Shown here: positions 24,077 to 37,522 of the stretch, one piece after another
Numbering within the stretch: position 1 is the first letter of the stretch
Layout: each line of letters begins with the position of its first letter
NCBI GenBank assembly: GCA_000697335.1
Contig: JNEM01013795.1
Span: 1-41,098 of the forward strand
Length of the DNA stretch: 41,098 nt
Direction of reading: 5' to 3'
Source: Conidiobolus incongruus B7586
Lineage: Eukaryota
Made by a program: the position numbers and the translations under genes
The notes under the pieces: generated by a model
Seen by the model: only the letters and a program-made list of their open reading frames with translations
What the model was told of the DNA's origin: nothing
Databases searched by the model: none

Positions 24077-27000
24077 ATGAGACGATTTGACCATAACAAC
24101 AGTTCCAAAAAATTTAAGTCAAGTTATCAACGACGACGAGGACAAGATCAGAGTAACAACTATCATTGAACTAATTTGATTCCTTCTGCTAGATTTAATA
24201 TAGGTTATTCTGATATGAGTTCTTCGGAAATGCCTATTTCAAGTGCTCAGCCTGGCCATTATGATAGTAATATTTGATATAATTGATGGATTTTTATTAA
24301 CTTGTATTGATTAGGATTATTACCGGTTTCAGTGTTAGGTTAAAAAAGTGCTAAGTTACATATTGAAGTTAAATTAATGCTATTTAGGAAGTAGATTTTC
24401 CCAATTGTTTCCATATTCTCATCTCAACCGTGTTCAATCTGAGTGCTATGATTCTGTAATATCATCTAATAGATTACTATTCAATCTTCTGATCACAGTA
24501 TTAATTAGATAATGAATACTAATAGCAATATTGTAGTAAATGGTAATGAACAAATACACTGATTAAGTTCCAATTACAATCTAGATTAGCACCTACAGGA
24601 TCTGGTAAAACTGGCATACTTGAGTTAGCCATTTGTAAAGTTTTTTCAATGGATCATTTCGATAAATGCATTTATTTAGCCCCTACTCGAGTATGATCAC
24701 TTTGATTTTATTAAATTTTATACTTATATTTCAGTCGCTATGTTATGAACGATATACCGATTGGAAAGAAAAATTTAGAAAATTACAGTTGTCGTGTAAG
24801 TAATAAAATAATTGTTTGAAATTAGTTTTTAATTGAATTTTAAGGCGTTGAATTCACTGGAGATTCGGATATTGATATGAATGAAGCTTTAAATTATCAT
24901 TTAATGTAATTTCAATCCTAAAATTATTGATTAGTGACTGATTTAAAACATAGATTAACTACACCTGAAAAATGGGATTCTGCCACAAGAAAAAAGTAAG
25001 CTACATAGTCAATTTAATTAACTCAAAACAACTAAATTTTTAGTTTTTTACCAAATTATCAAATGATGAAAAAAATTAAATTAATCATGGTTAGTTTGAT
25101 ATTGTTTATTTTTTTCAGCATTATATATTGTATTTTCTAGATTGACGAAGTTCATATTCTCAACGAAAATAGAGGAGCAGCATTAGAAGCACTTGTAAAT
25201 TGATTTTTGATCGTTAAATATAAATTATCAATATTATATATAGATCAGTCGAATGAAGTCAACATTTTCCAATATCAGAATAATCTCCGTATCAGCCACA
25301 ATTCCTAACATTAGTAGCATTGCAAATTGGATAAGCACTCCAGATAAAACTTTCATGAGATTAAATACTACGATCAAAGTATTCGGTGAAAATTATAGAC
25401 CTGTTCCCTTGAAAAAGATTGTAATTTCGTTTAACAGAAATGGCAAGAACCCATTTGTATTTGATCAATCCTTGAATCACAAATTACCAGGAATTATCAA
25501 AGATTATTCAGATTCTAAACCCACATTAGTTTTTTGTACTTCTAGGAAAGCAGCACAGAATTCTTGCAAATTTTTATGTGATAGGATTCAAGAAAATAAG
25601 AAGCTTGCTATTAACGTAAGCCAATCATTATTATCTTCAGGAATTGTAGATATGATCCAGGACTCGACTTTGAAATCTTATATTGTGAACGGAATCGGAT
25701 ACCATCATGCTGGATTAGGATACCAAGATAAACAAATTGTCGAAAATGCATTTCGTGAAGGAAGATTATCAACTTTATGTAAATTTTTATATTACTATTT
25801 GTTTTCAATTACGTTTAAATATCTTAGGTACAACATCTACACTGGCAGTTGGAGTATTTTGAATTTAAGATATTTCCAAAAAAAATTTTAATAATGATTA
25901 GGTCAATTTACCAGCTCACTTGGTCGTGATTAAATCTACAAAAGGTAATATTTCATTCAATTAAACAATTGCTAATTTTTTAGGATACTTTAGTTCGGAA
26001 TATAGACAATATTCAGATTTAGAAATTTTACAAATGATTGGAAGAGCAGGAAGACCGCAATTCGATACTTTAGCTACTGCAGTAATATTAACGGACGATG
26101 AGACCAGAGATCATTATGAAAATTTGATTAATGGAAAACAATTTATCGAAAGCTGGTATTAAAACTATTAAATATATTTTAACAATATTAGTTTAAAAAT
26201 TTAGTTTACATAAATCTTTGATCGAACATTTGAATGCAGAAATATGCTTGGGCTCTGTTAAAAATATACAAGAAGCAATTCATTGGTAATTGAAAATTAT
26301 AAATAAAGAAAATTTAGCCTAATCTTCAATAGGTTAAAAACCACCTATCTATATGTTCGAATTCAAGAAAATCCCTCTTATTATTCATTTTTATCCAATA
26401 CTGGTATATTAATAAATCCAGAGAAAAATTTAGAAGGTAAAAATAAAAGATTTGTATTAACATTGTTAACTCTGTTTAGCATTATGTATTAAAAATCTAA
26501 ATCTTCTTGATAAAAATGGAATCATTAATATTGATCCAATCAATGAAAATTTTATTTCAACTGGTATATATTGATATGTAAAAATACTATCCAATTAATT
26601 TCAAAAAATTAAGCTTTAAGCCATACAATGTCGAAATACTATTTGAAATTTGAAACAATGTTGTTATTGATACAAGAAAAGAAGAATTGGACTTTAGAAC
26701 AATTGGTATTATTTTATTAGCTTATAATTTTGATCATTTGCACTTAATTTTTAGATTACACTTATTTCACAATCAGAAGAATTTCATGAGATTAGATTTC
26801 AACCTGGCGAAAAACCTGGTTTAAATTATTTGTTGAGAGATCCAGGAATTAAATACAAGATGACAAAAGTCAAATCGATAAGTGACAAAGTTAACGTTTT
26901 GATTCAAGTTAATCAACCATATAATTTAAAAAATTAATATTGATATGATTGTCTTAGGCACATATTGGAAATGTTAGCCTCAGTTCTGTTAAAAATTTTA

Positions 27001-28633
27001 ATATCAATATCGAATCCCTGAAAATTAGCTCTTTGGCTTCAAGATTGTGCAAATGTACTAAAATTATATTTATTAAATAAATAATATAATCAATTTGTTC
27101 TAGGCTTAGTTGAAATATCCAAGCATTATAAATTAGCTGGAAGTTTGAAAAATGCTTTAACATTGTAATCTCTTTAAAAATCATAGATTTTGATATTTAC
27201 TTTGGTTTAGGAATAGATGCATTAAAAATAAATTATGGCCAGAAGACTTGAAATTAAAACAATTGAAAAATCTGGGTATATTTTATTATTAAAAAGCTTG
27301 GGATGTATTTTAATTTTTAGGTCCAACTACGTCCAAATCGCTATTTATGAATGGTATCAAAACCTTTGAGGATTTAATTAATACAGAGCCTAGAAAAATT
27401 GAACTGGTATGAATTAAATATTTGTGATTAGTTTATTCGATTGAGTTTATAATATAGATACTTAAACGAAATCCCCCTTTTGGGAATAATGTAATAATCA
27501 ATATAATTGAGTATTCTCATATTATAACCTGAATAGATTATCGAAGCAGCAAAATGCTTACCACAGTTTTTCATGAATGCTCAAAAGGTATATATTTCCT
27601 AAATATCTAATAATAAATCTAATATTTTAGGATGGCTCGAATAATTTCATCCAAGTAGCAATTGGCTTAAAAAATCCCGAACTAGCCCAAGTTACTAAAG
27701 ACGGATTCCCATTTTTCGCATCATTAATTATTTCCACATCTCAAAATGAGTTAATTTTTTATTCGAGATACACGTAATTAACTAAACATTATTTAAATAA
27801 ATATTAAAATAATTTTTTAGATTATATAAATTGATTAAGGCTATTGAGCTAAAAATATCGATTAAAGATTATCAAGATCAAAATATCTTGGTTCAATTAT
27901 TTAGCGATGATATAGGTATTTATTACAAAAATTTTTGGAAAACTTGATTAATTTCAATTTTAGATGGATTGGATATTGAAACTAAGTTTGAAAAATTTCA
28001 AAATATTGAATCATCAGCAGTTATTGAACTAATAAACACAGTTTAGAATATACAAATTAATCTTTATTATTAGACTACCCAAATTGAGTCAGATATCAAA
28101 CATCCACAGGAAACACGAATCAATTATGACCAAGAGCATTGTTCAAAATCTAATTTTCAAGATTTATATAACCAATTCAACATTCAAGTGAATGAAAATC
28201 AGGAAAAGTAATTATTAATAGCAGATTTCATAATTTTTATTAACTAGATCATAGATGTGCCAATATTTCGAGTATAAATACTTCAACTTCCGAGAATGAA
28301 AAAGCACCAGATTTAGGGTAATTTTTAATATTAATATACTTCAATAATACTTAATCTTTTTAGTATATTCTTCGATAACTATGATGAGGTTTATATTCAA
28401 GAAGAAAATAAAGATATTGAGTCTGATAGACAAAATACTATAAAGGTACAAATATAAATTTTATTCGATATGATTTATTAAGTTGGACTAAGCCAAATAA
28501 AACTAACGATGTCAAAAATGACGAGAATGAAGTTGACGATATCGATATGAACGAGAAAACCGTAATTAAACCTAATTCAGTTTCAAACTTTTTAAAATGG
28601 TTGGATAATTGGACTACTATGAATCAACATTAG
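24077..28633 (+). CDS. MER3: Meiotic Ski2-like DNA helicase MER3/HFM1 with Sec63 domain, ~33 exons
   Basis: Manual splicing gives APTGSGKT (GSGKT at 24598-24612), TTPEKWDS, IDEVH (DEVH 25144-25155), SATIPN, YHHAGL, TTSTLAVGVNLPAHLVVIKST, QMIGRAGRPQFD (from 26031), EHLNAEI and RNPPFG. First and last few exons are less certain. Confidence 0.9.
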
Positions 28634-29942
28634 CTTCAATCTTAATCTTAGTTTGATATTGTTAATACTATTAAAAATGTTATTAGGTATTGATCAAAAT
28701 TTCGCTACTCGCATCCAACAATAAACTATTTTTAATAAATACATTCAAAGCTTGAATAATTTGTCATATTTGTATTACAATTAATTTATGTAAATGGAAA
28801 TATAATTTTTGAACAATCAATATTTTACATTAAATTTTTTTTAAAATAAATTAATTCATCAACAACTAAAACTTATTTATACATTATTTCGGAACAAAAA
28901 CATTGTACTTATTATATAATAATAAAGATGACACAATTTTCAAAGTTAACAATAATCAAAATAGCTCACATTCAAAAAATAAATGAAGTTATATATTTAT
29001 AGAAATATTTCAACTGGGAATAATTAGTCTTTTTATTTTTATATTGGATGATTAAAATATGAATTGTTGAATATTTATATAGATGTATTAATGATCAAAA
29101 ATTGAATGTTGATATTATGAAATTATAAGATATAATAACTTTAATAATTATTTCCATAAATTTATCATAATAATTAAATATTAGTACTATAATTATATAA
29201 ACAGATAATCATTTATAAGTTATTTTCCTTTAGATTTTAAATTTACTAATTATCATTATACTAGAAGTCATATTCAAATATTATTAATGATTTTAATCAC
29301 GGTTTATTAAAATATTTGTCAATTTCTTTGTCATTTATTTATAGTTTATATCTAATATATCCAATATAAACTAAACTATATAAAATTTACCATTTAAATC
29401 AATTTATTGAAATTTTAAAAAACGTGAGGAATTATAAAATCTTCTTTAAAGTTTAATACCAGTTAAAAACTATCTTAAACTAGATCCATATCCACAATAA
29501 ATAGATTTATATAGTGATATGGATAAATTTTGCAATTTGAAAAGATTATTGGTAGAAACTGGCGAGTTTGGTTGATTTTGAAGTGATAAATATGTTAATT
29601 GATTTTATTAATAAATTGTGGGCTTGATGACTTGGATACATGTTGAGAAGTGGACGGTTAATTTGGATTGATTAGATCATTTGTTAAACTCGTTGGTATT
29701 TGGGCTGGGGCGATCATTAAACAGTACTCAATGCCAATTTTTGGAATCCATCAAAAATACTATTCATAAATAATGTGTTAAATTAAGTGTACTGTATTGG
29801 AGGAATTCTTACAAGCGATATTTTAGCTTGTTGAGAATGAATTTATTCAGCTTGTATTGTGAGATTGGTTTGGATATAATAACGAGAGCAATATTGTAAT
29901 TGGATTGTTGGAAAGATAGAGTACAGCGTGAAAATAATATGT

Positions 29943-30845
29943 TTAGTCCTTGAGACTTTGAGCAATCTCTCTGGATCGATTAACACAGGCATTAATACCT
30001 TTGGTAACAGCGTTGCCAAAATTGGCTTTCTTGAAAGCTTCGATAGCAGCGTGTGTCGTGCCATTGGGGCTGGTAACATTCTTGCGAAGTTGCTCAGGGT
30101 CTTGCAACTTTTCAAAGTCCTCCCCAAATAACATCTTGCCACTTCCAATAGCTGTTGTAGCAGCAAGTGATCGAGCAACTTCTTTAGGAAGGCCTATCCT
30201 AACTGCTTCCTTTTCGATTAGTTCAATCATATAGAAAAAGTATGCTGGGCCAGATCCACTGACAGCTGTTACGACATCTAGATGTTCTTCTTTGGCCAGC
30301 CAAAATAACCCCTTCGGAGCAGAGACAGATTGTAATACAGCATTTACCAAGTTTTTGTGATGTTCTGTAACTGTCGAATCACCATATATGCCTATGGCAC
30401 CAAAATTAACCAAACATGGAGTATTAGGCATCGTTCTGACTAGAGGAATTTGAGAAGCTTTGCTTTGATCAGATGCAGCAGCCAGCCATTTGCGATATGA
30501 ACTCATCTGAACACCAGCAGCAACTGATAAAAGTAAGGGTTTGTTTCGTATAATTTCCTTACCAAGGTCTCCTGTTAAAATCGTTTTCACTATATCAGGC
30601 TTGACAGCTAATATGACAGCATCTACAGGCTGGGATTCAATTGAAAAAGCAGGTTGTTTGTCAGATCTGATCCTGACACCTAACTCTTTTTTCAATGCTT
30701 CAGCTTTCTGTAAATCGGGTTCACATACAACAATCTGATTGGGAGGCATGTGCTGGCGAAGACCACCAATTACGGCTCTGGCAACATTACCTCCACCAAC
30801 AAAGCTGATTTTAGATTTTTGTAATAAATTAGTAATTATGGACAT
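29943..30845 (-). CDS. PRO3: Pyrroline-5-carboxylate reductase, intronless
   Basis: FVGGGNVA, LAVKP, SVAAG, RTMPNTP, SGSGPAYFF and VTSPNGTT motifs. Confidence 0.95.
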   Translation of the reverse strand: MSIITNLLQKSKISFVGGGNVARAVIGGLRQHMPPNQIVVCEPDLQKAEALKKELGVRIRSDKQPAFSIESQPVDAVILAVKPDIVKTILTGDLGKEIIRNKPLLLSVAAGVQMSSYRKWLAAASDQSKASQIPLVRTMPNTPCLVNFGAIGIYGDSTVTEHHKNLVNAVLQSVSAPKGLFWLAKEEHLDVVTAVSGSGPAYFFYMIELIEKEAVRIGLPKEVARSLAATTAIGSGKMLFGEDFEKLQDPEQLRKNVTSPNGTTHAAIEAFKKANFGNAVTKGINACVNRSREIAQSLKD

Positions 30846-33800
30846 TATTTATTTGAGTATGAATAATAAAATATATTTTGTAAATGTATATATTTTGAGT
30901 TAATTTGGCATTGTTTAAATAGACTCAAGAAATCATTCATACGAAGTCAGCAAGAGTTATGGGATGAACCCTGAGAACGAATCATTTGAGGGTCATTCAT
31001 CAAATGGAGGGTATAAGCTATACGTAAATCTTATCAATTCAAGATCATATGTCAATCAAAACCTCCATATTAATTAATATAGATCAATATGATATATTGA
31101 TGATATGATAATCTAGTTATATTGATCAATGCTAGATAAATATCTTTAGCTTGATTAATAACTGCCCTTAATATAAATTATTTAATAATTGACAATCTTT
31201 CGAAAATCCTCAATATACAAAGTACCTACAATTTCCTTTACATCAAACTAAAACGAACCGCAATGATATCATTTCGAATCCTTCAAATGAATTAAAGGTG
31301 TATTTGATGTAGATTTACAATCCGAAATTCCCCAATTGATAAACTATTTTATCCATTCACTTTGTTTTTATGAAATAAAAGCTAATATATTTCAGTTATA
31401 TAACTTATTTAGAAAGTTAATAAGTGAATTTTACTAGAACCAAGTTACTATTATTTCATAAAGACAAGTTTACAACAACTAATTCATGATGATATCAGCT
31501 GTGGTTCTTTCACCACGTTGAAACTGTTTAATGACGACATTGGATAATATTCAATTGTTTTGGATTAATTGCGTCCTATAGTAAAATCGTTTCAAATCTT
31601 TTTCTTTTGGAATGAATAGTGGCGAGTTTGCCGGTTATATCCATAAATAACTTTTAACATTACAGCTTATGAATTACATCGAAATTGAACTGCTGGTTAA
31701 TATGTATTTTTTTCAAGTCTTTTGCCAAGGATTATAACATCATATTAATATTACAAAACTTATAAATTATTTTAGTGATTTGTAAATGAGTATAAACCCT
31801 AATTTAATATATTGAATCTTTCGCCAAGTTTGGGAATTCTTTCAAGTGGATCATATATTTTGTAATCAAGATTTAATTGTTTAATTCGAATGTCTGTAAT
31901 TATTGAATATATAAGTATATTCATTAATACAATTAAATAAGTTTAATATATCTGATAGTGAAAGGAGTTAATCAACAGTTTTTGATTTATTGTTTTAAAT
32001 ATTTGAAAATATTTAAATAATATTATTTAAATAACTCAGCTGAGTATTTCCCTAATTTTGTTAAAATTTTTATAACCAAAATTTAGAAAATGCTATTCAA
32101 AATTGGATTTTTTATATTGAAATTCAGGTTTCAAAAAAAGAAAAAAAACTGTAAATTGAATATTATTGAATACTAAATCAGAGTTATGACTTGTATTTTC
32201 AAATATTTCCATATTTTAAATCATATATTACCAAGTTATATTATGTTAGACTTTTCAAATAATTAAAAATTTAAAATTATTTTGAATTTAATGAATATAG
32301 ACAATTTTGGTATTGTAACTGATGAAAATTTTCTCAAATTTTGTGTATAGCAAATTTTTATATTGATTACTTATTGATTTAATTGCTATCTTAAAAATAA
32401 TTCTTCCAATCTAAATTGGAAATTATTCAATTAGAATAATTTATTTTTCATAGTAAATATATGTTCATTATTATCTAATAATTTTTAAATGTGAAAAATA
32501 ATATATTCCAAAATTTCTTGAACAGAATTATTTCTAGGTTAATATGCTACTTTTCAAATTGATCAAATCCATGATTTAATAGTTTGTATTATTTTATTCA
32601 AGAGATAATATTAATGACTATTTTGTAATTTCATATTCCAATTTTCATTTACTTCATACTAACTGTTTTTCACTGTAAAATTATTCGATTTATAATAATT
32701 TTTGAAATTTTATTATCAAATAGATAGTTTGGTAATCTTTTGAATTACTATGAAACATTGGATATAAAGAAACAAAAAGTATAAGCAAAAATATTGATTA
32801 TACTTGATTTAAATAATTCTTTAATTATATACAAAAGATTATCAACTGATTGAATTATTCGAACTTGAATATTTATCTATATATTGAGCTGTATATTTTT
32901 TCTTTGTATAAAAAACTACTTCCAAAATATTTAACTATAACGGGTAATTGCTATATTATAACCTTGAAAATTGCATAAATACAAAAATAGTTATGTTTTT
33001 ATTTCATACATAAATTAGCTTATTCTACACTTTTATCGTAGTTATCAGGCATCAGCATAAAGCGGGGTGTAATCAGACTATTTGTTGATTTTAAAATAGG
33101 TGTCATGTTGAATTCATTGACCGGATAATAAAATCTGAATATCAACCAATCAAATCAAAAGAGCAACAATTTATTGTATATTCAACTATCAAAACTTTTT
33201 AAACAATAAACCTAAGGCCATATGATAACAACTGCTGATATCATTCCAAAATTTTTTTTCATATCATATGATACTCAAAACTCTCTCTATATTTTAAAAA
33301 ATTCATTATTTTTAAAGTTATCCATTGAAAAATAGCAAAAAATGGAAATTTGTTAATAATGAAGACATGCATATTTTAAAGGAAAAGTTTGATCTATTAA
33401 TAATTATTCTATCCACTTGAAGAAGGGTTAGAGTATAGTTGGTAAGTCATATGACTATTTCGGTATTTGCCAAAAAATAATTATATTAAAATTGTTAATT
33501 TTGAAGAATATTATTATCAAAATATAAAATATATTTGGAATAATGTGTTTATTGATATAATATTTTGTATTATTGACTGTAATTCTGGTCAATATCAATT
33601 AAAATTGGATGATAAAACTATGATTGTTCATCAAATAGTATGACTAAGAATAATTTAGACCAATATTTAATTAACATATATTATATTTTGCCTCACTTCA
33701 TAAGTAATTACAATAATGAGAATTTGAAATTTCAAGAATCCAATATACAAAGGTTTAAACTAACTGTACAAAAATTATATTAATATTAACAATTATCATT

Positions 33801-35370
33801 AATAATACAATAGAATGTATATTATAGTTTGAATTCAGTTTCAGCTAGTAATGTTTTGTTTTGTATAAAAATTCACACAATCCATCAATATATCTTAGGC
33901 CCTATGCGGAACATTGATAGAATTGCATGAACCTTGTCTTTGAGAATTTATTAGAATGACTTTCGCTTTTAATCAGTGACACTTTATTAATAAGGCTATT
34001 ATTTGAATTGTCTCCAAAATATATATAGTTTCTAAGAAATTCAATACAATCAATATTAATACAAGGTTTCAATCTATATTATTCATTCAGATATATCAAA
34101 CAATCAAATAATCAACCAATATTAGTGAATATAAATACCAAATATTACAAAATATGATTTAAGTGGTGAATAAGCGAATGATCACGACAAGTATCACAAT
34201 ATCAAAGCTGGATCTTTGTAATGTTTGTTCCTTAAATCATACTATAAATCCATTTTGCTTTAATGTATTACCAATTATAATCTCAAAAATTAAGATGTGT
34301 AAATTATCATCATCAACAAAATTTTCACAATTGTCATATCATATTTCAATAACAAATCTACCAAAATTGATATAATAAAATTGTTATTAATAACAATATT
34401 TTTAGTAATTTCAATAAAATTAAAATTATTTATATCATATATTTTCAAACTAATCATATTCATTTTAACTAGTTTAGAACTATTAAATAAATAATAAATT
34501 TCTATATGTGGATCTAAATTAAATTTGAACATTTTCTATAATACACATCCTTCAGAGTATTTTAATTTAACTATTTTTAGTAATTTTCTTTTGAAATAAT
34601 TTGGAAAATTAATTTGTTTTCTTGTATTATTCATTATATAATGAATTTGGAATTATATTATATTACTCAAATAATATAAAAAAATTAACTTTATTTAATA
34701 AAATATATTAATAATTAAGAATATTTTTCTTAATTGACAGTTCAAAAATAAGTCCTCAAACTTGCCCAATGAATATATAAGGATTGATAAAAATATTGTT
34801 GTATGATGAAATACTAAAAACTATTAAATATAATATATTGGTTTAAAAACTTTACTAAATATTCATATAATTAATATTAACTACGAAGTTTAAATATTGC
34901 AATATGTTTATGTAATAAATTATTTCATCTATTATCGAGATTTAGCCTTGCAAAACCAAGTTTGATCATTATCTGCTGTTAAATCACGACTAGGTTATAC
35001 AAATTAAATCATATCAAATGAGACAAATATTAAAAATCAAGGCTTAATATCTATAATAAAGGATCTTTCTGTACTTTGAGTACTTTTTCAGTTTGATCAT
35101 ATAATGATCTGATCTTTATATGAACTAAAATTGGTCAAATAAAATACGAAAAAACTTAATCATTTCTCTCTGTGCCACTGCAATTGATCAAAATAGACTC
35201 ACTCCACATATATTCTTATCCAATCGAAATGGGAAATATAAGTTGAATTTGGTAGTGACAATTTAATTCAAGAAGTGGAATTCTAGTTTATAATAAAGAG
35301 TTTAGTATAAAATAGAATGATAAAATGTTAGTTTATTTTATAAATAATATTAAATAATATACAAAATAAA

Positions 35371-36398
35371 ATGACTTCAACTAGAACTGCTGAATTCCCT
35401 GTTGACAGCGAAGGACGTGTCCACCACGTCGGTGTCAAGCCTGGCGACGTTGCCAACCGTGTCATTACTGTTGGTGATCCCGCTAGAGCTTACAAATTGG
35501 CTCAATATTTAGACGAACCCAAGGAAAAGCTTTTAATTGTTAGCTCCAGCAGGGGTTTCTTAACTATTACCGGTCACTTTAACCAAGTCCCTGTTTCTAT
35601 CGTCGCTATTGGTATGGTAAGTAGTATTCAATATGAATCTAAATCATCATTATTTAAATTCGAAATTATTTCATTTAGGGTGTTTCTATGATGGACTTTT
35701 TCGTTAGAGAAGTACGCTCTGTTGTCCAAGGACCCATGTTGATCGTTCGTTTTGGCTCATGTGGTGGTATTGGTCCTGATGCAACTATTGGTGCCTTGAC
35801 TTTAGCTTCTGAATCTGCTTTCTGCTACAGAAACTACGATCACTTCTGTAACCCTGAACAGACTCAACCCTATTTCTTATCTCAACCTATTAAGGGTGAT
35901 GAAGCTTTTGAAAAAGAAGTAGTTTATTCGAATTATATCCATTCAATATATATTTAAAGTCTTTTTAGTTTAGAAAGGTTGTTGGCGATGAAATCAAGTT
36001 AGTTTCTGGTTTAAATGTTACTTGTGATTCTTTCTATGGCAGCCAAGGTATGATTCTTTTAATTATCTTCAATAATTTTATTTATTAAATGAATCAAACT
36101 AATATAATTATTTAATTGTTTTATAGGAAGACCCGATCCCAACTTTTCCGATAACAATACCAACCAAGTTGACTGGATCAAGAGCGTCTACCCTCAAGCT
36201 ATCAGTTTAGAAATGGAAAGTTATATGCTTTACCACTTGGGACACTGTGCCTTAGCCAAAGATGTTAGAACTTTCGCCTTCCATATGGTTTTCGCCAACC
36301 GTTTGACCAATGTCTTTATTGAAGATTCAGTTAGAGATGAATTAGAGCCTAAAGTTTCCAAGTTCGCTTTACAAGCTTTAGCCAACACTCAATTATAA
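35371..36398 (+). CDS. Uridine phosphorylase (PNP/UDP family). Exons 35371-35616, 35679-35918, 35969-36047, 36127-36398
   Basis: ITVGDPARA, IGMGVS, RFGSCGG, DSFYGSQGR and LEMES motifs after splicing. Confidence 0.88.
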
Positions 36399-36951
36399 GT
36401 GTATGTATTATATCTTTAAAACATTGATTAAAAGCGTTGTATAATCAATTTAATATATGTGACCAGATCTTATTTTTAGAGAAATAGTTTTTTAATTAGT
36501 GAGTTAATTTTAAACAATTATGTATTCAGTTTTTATCATATTTAATAATTTTTTGATATATAAAATTTTTATTATCTTTCAATAATCACTGCATATTTTG
36601 GTCATATTTTGCAAATCTTCTAAATATCAGAAAATTCTGGAATATCATTTCTTTTGTCATCGATGCTCAATTTGATAATCAAACAAAGAAATGGAATATA
36701 AATATATAAATTATAAAGAAAAAATGTTCGGAATATGAAATAGAGTTAATAAATTGTTATTTTGTGGATATGAATTGATAAATAAAGATAATTATTCAAG
36801 TATTAAAATAAAAAAGTTAAATTATATAATAGAAATTAGTGAATTTGAAGAAAAAAGAAATTTTGGAAGAGTAAACAAAGAGAATATTATTTTAATTATT
36901 TTAATTATTTCATTAAATTAAAAATTTATCGAGAATTATATAAAATCAATT

Positions 36952-37512
36952 TGTGACACTTATTATCTAATGGATACCTTCTCTCACTCAAAATCACTAC
37001 CAAATCACCGATCATCCCAATTAAGCCATATAAATAATCTCAACCAGTTGTGAATAAGGCTCTAAACCCTTGATATCACAATACCTACATGACCACGCTA
37101 TTCATCCGTGATAGCCTATTTATGCCAACACTTTCCACTCAGTCCAAGAGAGGACTTTCTATTCTACTCTACAAATAAACCTTATTTTCCTATTAAAAAC
37201 CTGCTCTCAAAACCTACTCAAGGGGCCACTTATAGCTTCACTTGAGACATATTCTATTATCCGTTTGCATTCATCCCTATTGATATTCTGTGATTTTGCC
37301 TTCCCAGTATGTCAAATCCTCACACTGCCACTACTACTGCTGATTTAGTCGCCCTCTTTAATGCCCCATTCAACAGTAATCATGGTCGGATAGCCAGGGA
37401 ACTGATCATCGGCAGTCTACCTCAGTTTGTAGGCACAATGCTTCACAATCTGGCTTACACAATGGCTATGTCAGTATCCTCGATGATGCTCAAGCAGCTA
37501 ATAACCGTGACA
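36952..37512 (+). mobile_element. Putative solo LTR (561 bp) with 5-bp TSD CAATT, immediately upstream of tRNA-Glu
   Basis: Starts TGTGAC and ends GTGACA (TG...CA, imperfect terminal inverted repeat). CAATT at 36947-36951 and 37513-37517. Sharp rise in GC/C content exactly between these borders. TATTTAT at 37117-37123 and AATAAA at 37174-37179. Confidence 0.8.
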
Positions 37513-37522
37513 CAATTATTAA

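Noticed and set aside
29530..29760. GC-richer patch with TGATGA and an Sm-like AATTTTTGG, considered as snoRNA, snRNA or telomerase RNA
   Set aside because: No U1/U2/U4/U5 signature or convincing box pairing is visible; it could simply be PRO3 3' flank. An Infernal/Rfam scan would decide.
32034..32045. 12-bp palindromes (ACTCAGCTGAGT here; AGTCATATGACT near 33444)
   Set aside because: Isolated, with no associated TSD or structure, and expected by chance at this length.
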